A DNA stretch of 42,823 bases from a virus: positions 1 to 42,823 of IMG/VR virus record IMGVR_UViG_3300045043_000023, one strand, 5' to 3'. This document shows positions 17,978-26,995 of the stretch, piece by piece. Within the stretch, counting starts at the first letter, position 1. Every line of letters starts with the position of its first letter. Below the pieces are notes generated by a model that saw only the letters and a program-made list of their open reading frames with translations, did no database searches and was not told the origin of the DNA. Both the position numbers and the translations under genes were made by a program.

Positions 17978-19017
17978 CGTTCATTATCTTCGCGCTGCCT
18001 CGGTCGCGCACCGCGTGGACTGCCAGGTTCCTGACATACGGCGACTGGCAATGTGGCCATGATGAGATCAAGCACTGCCGATCGCTAGACGATATCGCGT
18101 CGTGGATAGGCCAGCCCTGCACCGGGACGGTTGAGACGGCTGCCGCGCCCTTCTGGCGTATGCTGGGGCGGTTCGGCGATGTCAGGGTGGCGACAGTGCG
18201 ACGGCCTGTCGCGGACGTTGTGGCGAGCCTCCAGGCGGTCGCACCAGGGGCGTTCGATACCGACGTGACGACGGCGGCGATGATGCGGATCGACCGCAAG
18301 CTGGATCAGATCGAACGACGGCTGCCGGACGTGCTCTCGGTGCGGTTCGAGGATCTGGCGACCGAGGACGGATGCCGTCGCCTGTGGCAGCACTGCCTGC
18401 CGTATCCGTTCGATGCCCGCTGGCACGCGATGCTGGATGGCGTGAACATCCAGGACAATCTCGGCCTGACCATCCGCTACTACCATGCGCACGCACCGCA
18501 ACTGAAGAAACTAGCCGGGCTGGCCGCGCACCGGATACGCGCCGACATGCGGCCGACCGAGCGCGAGTTCGACGGCATGACGTTTCACGTGGAACCGTTC
18601 GCCGACTTCGTGCGCGATGCTGAGACGCTGATTACGGATCACGCTGCACTGGTCGGACGTAAGGCGGGGCTGGATTTCAATGTGCCGCTGTTCCAGGGGT
18701 TGGACGATATCGGCGCTCTGCAGGTTATGACGGCGCGGTCCAACGGACGTTGCTTCGGGTATCTGGTGTCGATTGTCGCGCCATCGCTTGACGGGCCGGA
18801 CATCAGGGAAGGGCACCACACGATGTTCTACACGGCACCCGAGGTGCGCGGGTTGGGCGTGCGACTGCTGATGCGCGCCAACGATGCGCTGCGTGAGCGT
18901 GGCGTGCAGCAGATCATCATGCGGGCTGGTGTGGTCGGTTCAGGGCCAACGCTGGGCGCCGTGTATCGTCGGCTCGGCGCGACCGAGTTCGGACAACTTT
19001 ATCGTCTGGAGGCTTAG
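17974..19017 (+). CDS. Sulfotransferase-like / GNAT acetyltransferase fusion protein
   Basis: N-terminus FALPRSRTAWTARFL matches the PAPS 5'-phosphosulfate loop (PRSGTT). VRRPVADVVAS matches the 3'-phosphate RxPxDxxxS motif. C-terminus EVRGLGVRLLMRANDALRERGVQQI is GNAT motif A. Confidence 0.6.
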   Translation: MTFIIFALPRSRTAWTARFLTYGDWQCGHDEIKHCRSLDDIASWIGQPCTGTVETAAAPFWRMLGRFGDVRVATVRRPVADVVASLQAVAPGAFDTDVTTAAMMRIDRKLDQIERRLPDVLSVRFEDLATEDGCRRLWQHCLPYPFDARWHAMLDGVNIQDNLGLTIRYYHAHAPQLKKLAGLAAHRIRADMRPTEREFDGMTFHVEPFADFVRDAETLITDHAALVGRKAGLDFNVPLFQGLDDIGALQVMTARSNGRCFGYLVSIVAPSLDGPDIREGHHTMFYTAPEVRGLGVRLLMRANDALRERGVQQIIMRAGVVGSGPTLGAVYRRLGATEFGQLYRLEA

Positions 19018-19701
19018 ATGGGCATCGGTGCGGCAGGGATTGCGGCAATCGGCGCTGGGGTGTCTGCGGCGTCCGGCATTGCCGGCGGCATCATGCAGTC
19101 GAACACGGCTGCGAAGGGCCAGGCGGCAGCGCGGGCGCAGTTCGAGCAGCAGCGCAATGACCTCGGGCCGTATCGTGAGGCAGGGCTAGGCTCGATCCAG
19201 GCGCAGCAGGACTTGCTCGGGTTGAACGGTCAGCCGGCAGCCGATGCGGCTATGCTGCAGTATCAGCAATCACCCGGCTATGCCTGGCAGATGGACGAGG
19301 GACTGCGGGCGGTTGACGCAGGAGCAGCGGCTAAGGGGATGTTGCGTTCAGGTGCTACGCTGAAGGCCGAGCAGACGTTCGGGCAGGGATTGGCCGATAC
19401 GGATTTCGGGCAGTACTACACCAGGCTTCACGGATTATCGACGCTCGGTGAGAGTGCTGCAGCGGGCGCTCCTGTGGCGCAGGCGGCCGGCGTCGAGACG
19501 GGCGGGGCCAATGCCCAGAACTCTATCTACGGCAACACCGCATCTGCGCTCGGTGGCACCGCCAACATGCTGCTCAACAATAAGGGTTTTCAGGACTGGC
19601 TAGGCGGTGGAGTTAGCCCATCGACTGTGTCGAACAATGCGCTCTATCAACAGGGTGCGTTCGCGGCGGCCGGGCCTGGTGCTTATGGGCCATTCCAATG
19701 A
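19018..19701 (+). CDS. Internal virion / ejection protein A (putative)
   Basis: Gly/Ala-rich hydrophobic N-terminus MGIGAAGIAAIGAGVSAASGIAGGI. First of three consecutive genes at the end of the virion operon. Confidence 0.55.
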   Translation: MGIGAAGIAAIGAGVSAASGIAGGIMQSNTAAKGQAAARAQFEQQRNDLGPYREAGLGSIQAQQDLLGLNGQPAADAAMLQYQQSPGYAWQMDEGLRAVDAGAAAKGMLRSGATLKAEQTFGQGLADTDFGQYYTRLHGLSTLGESAAAGAPVAQAAGVETGGANAQNSIYGNTASALGGTANMLLNNKGFQDWLGGGVSPSTVSNNALYQQGAFAAAGPGAYGPFQ

Positions 19702-21905
19702 GCGGAGCACAGACATCGAGCTTCTACCCGGTCAACCAACTGTTGCAGGACAACGCGCAGCAGATCCAGAACCAATACGCGCCGCAGCGGAACGAGCTGT
19801 TCGTGCAGCGGGCGCAGCAGGAGATCGGCGGGACCGAGATCGAGATGCTGGCGCGTGGTTCGCAGTCGCTGCTAGCTCTCGGCGACGAGGCCAAGATGGC
19901 GGAGCAGTATCCCAGCACGGTTGCGGAGCTGCAGCGGTATGGCTTCGCCAAGAACGCGCCCTCGGTGTTTCCTGGCCGGGCTGCGCTTGAGCGCATCGCG
20001 GCGATGGGCACGTCGAGCGAGAAGCAGTATGCGATGGGACAGAGCCAGAGGGCACTGGATGCCATCTATCCTACCGGCCAGGCCCCTGGTCCTGGTGCCT
20101 CAACGGCACCGACTGGTGCGGCTCCTGCCGTGGCGCCAGGCAGCGGCGCGACGTTCGCTGGTGGCATTGCCGGGTTCGAGGGCGGTGGCAACGCCATGCC
20201 TCCGGAGAACCCACGCTGGCCGGTAGCGCGCGGCGGTCCTGCTGGAGCGCACCAGTTCATCGCCTCGACGTGGAACGAATTTGCCAAGGCCAACCCCGAC
20301 CTGTTCAAGGGCATGTCGCCGGAGCAAATCTTGGCGGCACGCAGCAATCCGGAACTCTCTACCCAGGCAGCCAATTGGTATGCTGGCGAGAACGCCAAGG
20401 CGCTGACGGCGCGGAACATCGAGCCGACGCCGGCTAATCTCGGAATATCCCATGCGCTCGGTGCCGGAGGTGCCGCCAAGGTGCTGACCGCGCCGGACAA
20501 CACGCCGCTGTCGCAGGTGATCCCGGAGACGATCGCGCAGAACCCGCAGTATGGCCGGATGACGGTGGGCGACCTGAAGCGCCAGTATAGCCGCCTCGGC
20601 CCTGTAGGTGGCCCAGGGGCGCCTGGGGCGGGCGGTGGGGTGGCTGCGCGCACTGGCGGCGTCGATGTGGCGGGGCCAGGGGTGCCTCCAGGGGCCGTTG
20701 CGCCGGTTGCCGCGCCAGGGACAGCGGGCACGACGGCGGCGTCTCCAGCGGCTCCTGTAGCCGCGCCAGCAGCAACTCCCGCTGCGCCAACCCTGAACCT
20801 CGATGCTGATCAACTGAGGCCGCAGGACCGCGAGGACCTGGCGCGCTTCAAGGCGGCGCTGGTCGGCAATCCGAACGGCGCGACACTGCTGCAGGGTGAG
20901 ATCGACAGGCGACGCACAGCCAACGTGGCAGCCGAGGAGAAGCTGTACCAGCACGGACGCAATGCACAGGCTGACATGCTCCAGCGGCGTGCTGCGGAAT
21001 TAGCGGAGATACAGTCGCAACTGGCGCAGAGGAACGCATCAACGGCCGAGCAGAGGGCGGCGGCGGAGGCGACCGAGAAAGCGCGTGTTGCTGAACGTCA
21101 GGCCCGGTTGGACGCTGCTGGTGGCAATTCCGCCCGAGCGGTCGTGCTGGAGATCGGTCCGAAGATCATCGCCGGCACAGCGACGGACGCAGAGCGCCAG
21201 ACATACGAGCTGAACTACCAGGATTTGACCAAGGGCCAATTGGTGCCGGTGCCTGATCCATCCGGCGAGCCTGGCAAGACGATCTTCGTAACGGCGCCAG
21301 GCTCGATCCCGTCCTACCTGCCGCCGCCAGACTACCGGCCACCCAGCAAGAGCGGCTCGTCACTGCCTGCGCAGGGCGCGAACTCAGAAGGCGGTGGAGA
21401 TACGGCGGCGCCAGACCCGAATGCGTCAACGTGGACGCCGGGGCAGAAGCCTGCGCCACTGGTTAAGCCGCCGGCCCCTCTGACCGAAGGGCAGGGGAAG
21501 GCAGGGCGGTTTTCTGATCGGATGTTTGCGGCCGAGGACATCATGGCGCCGCTGCATAGCCAAGCACAGAACTGGGCAGAACGAGCCAAGCAGAACGTGG
21601 GAGACTATATAGGATACTCGATCAATTCTCCTGCTTACGAAAGCATGAGGCAGGCGCAAGACAGTTGGATTATGGCCAAGCTGCGCGATGAAAGCGGCGC
21701 GACGATTGGCACTGCTGAATTCGAACGGGACCGCAGGACGTTTTTCCCGCAGCCTGGCGAGGGTTCGGCCGTTGTCGAGCAGAAGCGCAAGGCGCGAGAG
21801 ATTGAAATGGCCGCCAGGGCGCGGGAAGCCGGGTCGCAATACAAGTTGCCACCACGCGCCGTGCCATCATCTGCTGGCGGCTGGACCGTTAAGAGGATCG
21901 ACTGA
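19698..21905 (+). CDS. Internal virion / ejection protein with a lytic transglycosylase-like domain
   Basis: GGIAGFEGGGN...GPAGAHQFIASTWNEFAKANPDLF...NPELSTQAANWYAGEN resembles an SLT-type muralytic domain. 735 aa with a long Ala/Pro-rich and coiled-coil remainder. Confidence 0.65.
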   Translation: MSGAQTSSFYPVNQLLQDNAQQIQNQYAPQRNELFVQRAQQEIGGTEIEMLARGSQSLLALGDEAKMAEQYPSTVAELQRYGFAKNAPSVFPGRAALERIAAMGTSSEKQYAMGQSQRALDAIYPTGQAPGPGASTAPTGAAPAVAPGSGATFAGGIAGFEGGGNAMPPENPRWPVARGGPAGAHQFIASTWNEFAKANPDLFKGMSPEQILAARSNPELSTQAANWYAGENAKALTARNIEPTPANLGISHALGAGGAAKVLTAPDNTPLSQVIPETIAQNPQYGRMTVGDLKRQYSRLGPVGGPGAPGAGGGVAARTGGVDVAGPGVPPGAVAPVAAPGTAGTTAASPAAPVAAPAATPAAPTLNLDADQLRPQDREDLARFKAALVGNPNGATLLQGEIDRRRTANVAAEEKLYQHGRNAQADMLQRRAAELAEIQSQLAQRNASTAEQRAAAEATEKARVAERQARLDAAGGNSARAVVLEIGPKIIAGTATDAERQTYELNYQDLTKGQLVPVPDPSGEPGKTIFVTAPGSIPSYLPPPDYRPPSKSGSSLPAQGANSEGGGDTAAPDPNASTWTPGQKPAPLVKPPAPLTEGQGKAGRFSDRMFAAEDIMAPLHSQAQNWAERAKQNVGDYIGYSINSPAYESMRQAQDSWIMAKLRDESGATIGTAEFERDRRTFFPQPGEGSAVVEQKRKAREIEMAARAREAGSQYKLPPRAVPSSAGGWTVKRID

Positions 21906-23737
21906 TGGCGCGCTTTGAGGTCACCGGCCCGGACGGCACGCGGTATCAGGTCGAGGGGCCGGACGGCACGACCGAACAGGACGCGATCGCACAGGCGCAG
22001 AAGCAGATCGCAGCGCAACCACCGCCATCCGGGCCTGATCTCGCCGCGACAGCGGATGTTCCCGGTCAGGCTCAAGGCACCCCAGCAGAGATTTCCGGCC
22101 GGGTTGCGCAAACCGGTTCGGCCTGGCAGCCGGCCATCAATACGGTTGGGCGGGTCGGGCAGGCAGCGGCAGAGGGGTGGCGCGGCGGGACGATGCAGAC
22201 GCCCGAGGCTCGCGCCGAGAATGAGAAAACGCTGCTCGGGCATTTCCTGATTAATCCGTTGGTTGAAGCCGGCAATCTGCCATTCCGTGCGATGGGTGCG
22301 GTTGGAGCGGGTGCCGGTCAAGCTGCCTATGAAGGCGGCGCCGCTATCGGAGGCCCCGCGCTGGGGCGTGACTTGTTTATGCTGAACCAGTTAGCGCCAG
22401 CACTCATGATGCCAGGCTCGATGCATCCAGGGCTGCCAGAGGCGCCCAAGCCTGGGCCACGTTTTATCGGAGAGTATCCGGGCGGCGGTGTCGCCCTACC
22501 TGGCACAACGTCGCTGGATCGCCTTACCGGCGCCGTCAGGCGCGTGGACGATGCGGCGCCGGCACGTTCAGTTCCCAGCGCCCCTGGTGTGGCGCCCGAG
22601 CGCGGGTCAGTTGGTGCTGCTGCATCGGTGAACCCGCCGCCTATGACACCAGCCGAGGCGCTGGCGTCTCGCTCGACGGGCGAGCAGCAGCGGCTGATGA
22701 CAACACCTCAACCTGGGGATGCTCGTGAGTATGTGCCTGGTGTGAAACCGACCAAGGCAGAGATAGAATTGGCGCCCAGTGTATCGCGTGAGTCCAAGGG
22801 ATTGCGGCAGGAGTTCCGTGAGGGATTCACTGATAAAGAGAAGGCTGACAACGAACTCTACCACGACTTTTACGATACCCGCGCCGGCACGCCGACGATT
22901 GTGGAGCGTATGGATCGCGAACGGGCGGCGCAGGCTGAGAAGGACTTGGCAGAGACGTGGCGCAACAAGCGCGATGCAGATGCTTCGCCGCTGTTGGATG
23001 TAGCGAATCAGATTAAAGCATCGCCGGATGGCCGGCGCCCCGTGGTCCGCAATGCCATCGATAGCGTCGTCAAAGAATTGTATGATGCCAACGGCAATCT
23101 GCTTACTGATCCCGAACAACTCTATGGCGTGCGCAAACACCTTGGTGATCTGCTGTCGAAGGAGGCCGCGCGCGATAATCCGATGGCGGTGCGTGCTACG
23201 GCCAACCTTAAGCAGTTGCAGCGCACGCTTGATGGGGTGATTGAGGAGGCCGCGCCAGGGTTCGGCCAATACCTGCGCAACTTTTCCGAGGCATCTAAGC
23301 CGATCGATGTGATGGAGCGATTGCAGAAGGCGAAGGCTGGTCTAACGAATGGCGCTGATCGTGTGATTACGTTCGGCAAGTTCGACCGGCTTATGAAGGA
23401 TCTAGTGGCGGAGCGTGCTGATCCGGATATGACGCTTCCAGCGAAGCATATTCCGGATGAGGTGATGGGTGAGTTGTTTGATATGCACCACAGTCTGGCA
23501 CGGTCCGCGTCTGATCAGGAGTTGGCCAAGACGCGCGGATCTGACACCAGCCAGATGCTAGGTGAATTGGGCAGGCAAGGGATCGCGCAGGGGATCGCAG
23601 CGATTGTGCCAATACCCGGCGCATCGCTGGCGGCGCCGTTTGTGACGAGACAGTTTGGCGGTATGCTCACTAAACGGCGGCTTGAAAAGCACCTTAACCC
23701 TGACGTGACGCCCTATAAGAACAGCTTGGGACCATAG
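21905..23737 (+). CDS. Internal virion / ejection protein (large)
   Basis: 610 aa, last gene of the operon. N-terminal MARFEVTGPDGTRYQVEGPDGTTEQDAIAQAQ resembles the starts of podovirus DNA-transfer proteins. Confidence 0.55.
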   Translation: MARFEVTGPDGTRYQVEGPDGTTEQDAIAQAQKQIAAQPPPSGPDLAATADVPGQAQGTPAEISGRVAQTGSAWQPAINTVGRVGQAAAEGWRGGTMQTPEARAENEKTLLGHFLINPLVEAGNLPFRAMGAVGAGAGQAAYEGGAAIGGPALGRDLFMLNQLAPALMMPGSMHPGLPEAPKPGPRFIGEYPGGGVALPGTTSLDRLTGAVRRVDDAAPARSVPSAPGVAPERGSVGAAASVNPPPMTPAEALASRSTGEQQRLMTTPQPGDAREYVPGVKPTKAEIELAPSVSRESKGLRQEFREGFTDKEKADNELYHDFYDTRAGTPTIVERMDRERAAQAEKDLAETWRNKRDADASPLLDVANQIKASPDGRRPVVRNAIDSVVKELYDANGNLLTDPEQLYGVRKHLGDLLSKEAARDNPMAVRATANLKQLQRTLDGVIEEAAPGFGQYLRNFSEASKPIDVMERLQKAKAGLTNGADRVITFGKFDRLMKDLVAERADPDMTLPAKHIPDEVMGELFDMHHSLARSASDQELAKTRGSDTSQMLGELGRQGIAQGIAAIVPIPGASLAAPFVTRQFGGMLTKRRLEKHLNPDVTPYKNSLGP

Positions 23738-23739
23738 CC

Positions 23740-23922
23740 TTAGCGGCGGCTGGCATAATCTTCCCATTCACGCTGGTGCGCTGACTTTCCATCGGCCGGC
23801 GCCTCTTTCGTCAGGCGTCGCTCCGCGCGATCGGCCAGCCATTCGTTGCAGCGGTTCCAGCACACGCAGGCGACCAGCACGCCGATACAGCCGGCAAACC
23901 CGGCGAGGAATGCGTGGATCAC
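23740..23922 (-). CDS. Small membrane protein
   Basis: 60 aa with one N-terminal TM segment (IHAFLAGFAGCIGVLVACVCW). Last gene of the leftward operon. Confidence 0.55.
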   Translation of the reverse strand: MIHAFLAGFAGCIGVLVACVCWNRCNEWLADRAERRLTKEAPADGKSAHQREWEDYASRR

Positions 23923-24158
23923 CGTCGATACTCCACGCCCATCTTGTCGGCGATGGCGAACAGCACCTCTGACATCTGATCGAGCCGGCTGGCCGTCAGC
24001 GCCTCGTGGGTTGCGATCCGCTCCGTGTGCATTTCCAGTAGTTGGCGGGTAATGCTCTGATTGATCTTCGCCTCATCACGAATGGTTCGCACGTCGGCCT
24101 GGAGCCGGCGCACCATCTCGCCTAGCAGTTCCAATCGGATTACAGGTGTATCAGCCAT
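23919..24158 (-). CDS. Hypothetical coiled-coil protein
   Basis: Start set at MADTPV (24158) with GGAGG 8 nt upstream. The 24206 start lacks an RBS. Confidence 0.6.
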   Translation of the reverse strand: MADTPVIRLELLGEMVRRLQADVRTIRDEAKINQSITRQLLEMHTERIATHEALTASRLDQMSEVLFAIADKMGVEYRR

Positions 24159-24238
24159 ATGGACCCCTCCTGCGGGATCGTCGGTCAGGGCGCCAGGGTC
24201 GTGCAACCGATCCTAGGCGCCCGTTCTATTTACACCGG

Positions 24239-25213
24239 TCAGTCTCCTGCGGCGAGCTTTTCCGCGCCGGTGATCTGCACCTCCTCCAGATCCTCCGAGG
24301 CGCTGGCACCGTCGTCCGGGAAGCGGGCGTAAGCGTTGGCTAGCAACTCGCTGATGCGGCGCTTGATTGCGTCCGGCGCCTCTGCCGTGGCTTTGCCTAC
24401 GGTGCGGTGGCCACCGATCTCGATCACCTCTTCCTGCGTCTGTGCGTTCGCCAGCAATGTGTCGAGGTTGCGCAGCCACTTCCCACCGTCCGGCTCATCG
24501 AGCGGGTCGGTAGCATGGGCCGCTGCTTTCTCGGCAATCCGGTCAGCGCGCTTCATGTCGCTGGCAGCGGCGCGCAGCGGTGGCGGCTCCGGATCGGCCT
24601 GCGCGTCCAGCGTGGTGCCGGTGAAATCGTCGTGCAGCGTCTTGCCTTGCATCTCCTCCATTGTGTAGCCGGAGGAGAACTCGGGAAACGCCATGCGCAA
24701 TGCCTGGGCTTCCGCGACCTTGGCGAGTTGGCCGTAAGGCCGCTTCTTCCACATCGTGTTCGGAGCTGACGTGTCACGCTTGGCGGTGGCGTAGTTCTCA
24801 ACCCATCGCTCGGTGGCAGTAAATTCGCGTGGGTGACCCTGGACGATCCGGCGCACGGTCATCCGGCACCATGCCGGGTAGGTTATCGCTGTGCCAGACA
24901 ATGTCTCCCGCACGTCAGGGCCGAACTCTGGCTCCGACTTGCCGCCATACTCACCGCTGCGTGCCGCTTTGATGCGGTAGTCTGCGATACCGGGCATCAG
25001 CACATCGCGCGTCTCGTACTGCCCGTTGGGCAGCTTTACCGACGTTGGCACGATGTAGACGGGGCGCAGCATCGGATCGAGGCCGTTGGCGCGACAGTAT
25101 GCCAGCACCAGTTCGATGCTTTCGCGTTTGGCGCCTGGATACAGGCTGTTTTCCAAGACGCGGATAACTTCGTCGGAAGAGACTGGCTCGGTGGCGACAA
25201 TGGCATTCATCAT
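24239..25213 (-). CDS. recT: RecT / Red-beta family single-strand annealing protein
   Basis: ESIELVLAYCRANGLDPMLRPVYIVP and MWKKRPYGQLAKVAEAQALRMAFPE are characteristic RecT/Bet blocks. Confidence 0.85.
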   Translation of the reverse strand: MMNAIVATEPVSSDEVIRVLENSLYPGAKRESIELVLAYCRANGLDPMLRPVYIVPTSVKLPNGQYETRDVLMPGIADYRIKAARSGEYGGKSEPEFGPDVRETLSGTAITYPAWCRMTVRRIVQGHPREFTATERWVENYATAKRDTSAPNTMWKKRPYGQLAKVAEAQALRMAFPEFSSGYTMEEMQGKTLHDDFTGTTLDAQADPEPPPLRAAASDMKRADRIAEKAAAHATDPLDEPDGGKWLRNLDTLLANAQTQEEVIEIGGHRTVGKATAEAPDAIKRRISELLANAYARFPDDGASASEDLEEVQITGAEKLAAGD

Positions 25214-25686
25214 GCGGTCCTTAGCGTAATTGTAAGATCGTCCTTGTCGGCGAGCGCGTAGCCGGGGACTTCCTCACCGCGTCGCAGGGTCTTGGCGATG
25301 AGCACCTTGTCCGGAGCACTGCGCACGAACGCCGCCGGCAGCGCCTCGTTGGTCGCCATTTCGGTCAGTTCCTGTCGCCGACTGATGGAGGCGGTGTAGA
25401 GCGGGCGTTCGCACTTCGGCATGTCCACGACCGTCAGCATGCGGCGCAGGATGCTGCGGCGGGCCTCGGCCCTGGCCTCCAGCCGCTTGATCCGTTCGCG
25501 TGCCATCTCGATCAGCCGGGTGGCGGCAACAGCCTCCTCGGCCAGGTCGTCCAGCACGGCGAAGAACCGCGTCTCGCCCTCCAGGCTGTCATGGCGCAGG
25601 CGTTCGTCTCCGTCGTCGGGCAGATCGGCGATCAGTCGCATTGCCTCGGACATCGCCTGCTCGATGCGTGCTGCGGACGGACTCAC
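25210..25686 (-). CDS. Siphovirus Gp157-like protein
   Basis: DSLEGE..coiled coil..RIKRLEARAEARRSILRRML...PDKVLIAKTLRRGEEVPGYAL matches the Gp157 family pattern. Adjacent to recT, as is usual. Confidence 0.7.
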   Translation of the reverse strand: MSPSAARIEQAMSEAMRLIADLPDDGDERLRHDSLEGETRFFAVLDDLAEEAVAATRLIEMARERIKRLEARAEARRSILRRMLTVVDMPKCERPLYTASISRRQELTEMATNEALPAAFVRSAPDKVLIAKTLRRGEEVPGYALADKDDLTITLRTA

Positions 25687-25925
25687 GCGACGGCGTCCGC
25701 GAATGCGTCGATCGCGTCGTTCGCCTCGCCGGCAGGCTCCACGGGCCTGGCCTGGCGTGGACGGCGGGCGCGGGGCTTGCCGCTCAATGCGCTGACGAAC
25801 TCCCGCGTGAGTTCCAACCGTGTCTGTAGGATCGCGATCTCGGTTTCCAGCGCACGTTCGTCGCCACGATAGCGTTCCAGTGCCTGCGTGGCGGCGGTGA
25901 GTATCGATGCGTTGTCGTTGTCCAT
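25683..25925 (-). CDS. Hypothetical protein
   Basis: 80 aa with overlapping start and stop in an operon chain. Confidence 0.6.
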   Translation of the reverse strand: MDNDNASILTAATQALERYRGDERALETEIAILQTRLELTREFVSALSGKPRARRPRQARPVEPAGEANDAIDAFADAVA

Positions 25926-26131
25926 TATGCGTCTTCCTTGTGGTGCTGTAGCTGTTGCTGGAATTGCTCGCGGAACCGGGCGGGCGGCACGCCGCTCTCG
26001 ACCAACATCAGCAGGTTCTCGCCCTCAAGCCGCCAGTGCGGAGCGCCGGTCACTGCGGCCCGTAGCGCCCGCAGGAGTTCTATCGCGCGCATCTCTGCGA
26101 CCATTGTCACAACGCGTGCGTCAACGAGCAT
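25925..26131 (-). CDS. Hypothetical protein
   Basis: 68 aa, operon chain. Confidence 0.55.
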   Translation of the reverse strand: MLVDARVVTMVAEMRAIELLRALRAAVTGAPHWRLEGENLLMLVESGVPPARFREQFQQQLQHHKEDA

Positions 26132-26279
26132 GGATGTGTCCTCCCTTCTCCATTTCGCGGAGCCATTCCTTGGTGGCCATCTCGACCACCTCGGCCAGTT
26201 CGCGGATGATGCTCTCGGGCACTGGCTGGAAATCGGCCAGGAGCCTTGCCGCGAGTTGCTGTGCCAGTGGATCGGCCAT
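26121..26279 (-). CDS. Hypothetical protein (52 aa)
   Basis: Start moved to MADPLAQQ (26279), whose ATG shares a base with the upstream TGA. The longer N-terminus is Arg/Gly-rich and looks off-frame. Confidence 0.5.
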   Translation of the reverse strand: MADPLAQQLAARLLADFQPVPESIIRELAEVVEMATKEWLREMEKGGHIHAR

Positions 26280-26437
26280 CAGGCGGCGTCCTCCAGCAGA
26301 TCGAAGCTGGCGTATGGCTGGCACTCGCGATCGCATGCCGGGCAGAACGCGGGGCCGCAGACCAGTGCCTCGTCGGCCCACTCGTTGGGGCAGCGCTGAC
26401 AGATGTAGTGGTTGCGGAATACCCGGTAGGTCAGCAG
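26279..26437 (-). CDS. Zinc-ribbon protein with no canonical start codon (start uncertain)
   Basis: YICQRCPNEWADEALVCGPAFCPACDRECQPY gives CxxC..CxxC. GC3 is high only from about 26437 downward. There is no ATG, GTG or TTG in frame, only CTG CTG at 26437..26432. Confidence 0.5.
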   Translation of the reverse strand: MLTYRVFRNHYICQRCPNEWADEALVCGPAFCPACDRECQPYASFDLLEDAA

Positions 26438-26607
26438 CCCTGGTCGTGCCGGTTCAGCAGGGCCGCAATCTGGGCGCGCATCTCCACCAGCACCGTCCGC
26501 GTGCCCCGGCCCAACCGTCCCCGCAACAGCCGCTGCACCGTATCGTAGATGACTGACAGAGCGGCCAGCGCCTCCGCCTGCGTGACGGGTGGTGGAGGCA
26601 GCGGCAT
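26431..26607 (-). CDS. Hypothetical helical protein (58 aa)
   Basis: MPLPPPPVTQAEALAALSVIYDTVQRLLRG... GC3 is about 90 percent in this frame, against low GC3 in the overlapping 210-aa ORF frame. Confidence 0.55.
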   Translation of the reverse strand: MPLPPPPVTQAEALAALSVIYDTVQRLLRGRLGRGTRTVLVEMRAQIAALLNRHDQGC

Positions 26608-26940
26608 CGTCCAGGTTCCCGGTAAATTTATCGGTTGGTGCAGTTTGGGCCAGTAACTCACTGACATAACTAGAGTGGCAGTCAGTATTCTGGATGGTCC
26701 CGCCGTCATCAGTTGCTGACAACGAAGTATCGCGCGAATTGCGAAACGACTCCGCTATTGCAGATTGTGGCATCGTGGCTACGCTTGCGTGACCACCCAC
26801 AGGGAGGGCCGTCGCGTGCCGAAACGTGCCGAAGCCCAGATCAGCCCGTGTGAGGCTGAGGCGTTCTTCCGGATTAAACTGAGTCGCCGAGGCTGGCGGG
26901 TGGCGTTGCATCGTGGTCTCGCACTGAATGGCGAGAAGAT

Positions 26941-26957
26941 GCTTACCACGGGTAAGC
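26941..26957 (-). terminator. Hairpin 39 nt downstream of the repressor gene (candidate terminator)
   Basis: GCTTACC-acg-GGTAAGC, followed on the minus strand by AUCUUCUC. U-tract is weak. Confidence 0.3.
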
Positions 26958-26995
26958 TAAGGGACGCAAGAACTGCTTACAAGGAAGCGTCCGGG

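Noticed and set aside
26438-26911. Upper part of the 210-aa minus-strand ORF
   Set aside because: Third-position GC is low and the translation is Gly/Ala-rich nonsense. The overlapping 58-aa frame has about 90 percent GC3. Only the 3' 159 nt (zinc ribbon) appear to be coding.
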